Under the pieces are notes generated by a model that was given only the letters and a program-made list of their open reading frames with translations, was not told where the DNA came from and made no database searches. The position numbers and the translations under genes are program-made. A DNA stretch of 16,597 nucleotides from a bacterium. Lineage in GTDB: Bacteria; Desulfobacterota; DSWW01. The stretch covers positions 9,628 through 26,224 of the forward strand of contig JBFLZG010000153.1 of assembly GCA_040756235.1 (NCBI GenBank), read 5' to 3'. Shown piece by piece: positions 16,586 through 16,597 of the stretch (positions are counted from its first letter, which is position 1; every line of letters begins with the position of its first letter).

Positions 16586-16597
16586 TTCCCGAGGTAG

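Noticed and set aside
16157..16597. Direct repeats as a possible CRISPR array
   Set aside because: Only two 51-bp copies 299 bp apart, no regular repeat-spacer period and no cas genes. They fit REP-type elements.

Overview
This is a GC-rich bacterial window whose gene content suggests an anaerobe. It has 11 credible protein-coding genes. Left block (minus strand): a SAM methyltransferase with a TPR-like tail, a flavodoxin-ferredoxin fusion (EFR1-like), and an acyl-CoA dehydratase activase (ASKHA ATPase) that runs off the left edge and is missing from the ORF track. Middle block (plus strand): DASS/SLC13 transporter, DUF3943-like exported protein, Sui1/YciH, a cupin and an aldo/keto reductase. 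Right block (minus strand): an acyl-CoA synthetase, a single-chain BC-BCCP-CT acyl-CoA carboxylase, and a 651-aa two-domain secreted protein of unknown function. The most unusual material is intergenic. Three clusters (7592-8167, 10240-10530, 16150-16597) hold several palindromic repeat families: CGTC-type REP doublets with compensatory stem changes, GTAG-type REPs and BoxC-like elements. They include a ~210-bp MITE-like element inserted into the 4-nt loop of a REP hairpin, which itself carries a complete REP doublet. A near-consensus sigma70 promoter points into a structured region with no credible ORF (candidate sRNA), and a perfect operator-like palindrome overlaps the -35 box of the ferredoxin/activase genes. 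No rRNA, tRNA, CRISPR array or transposase gene was seen. All family assignments come from motif recognition by eye, not from database searches.
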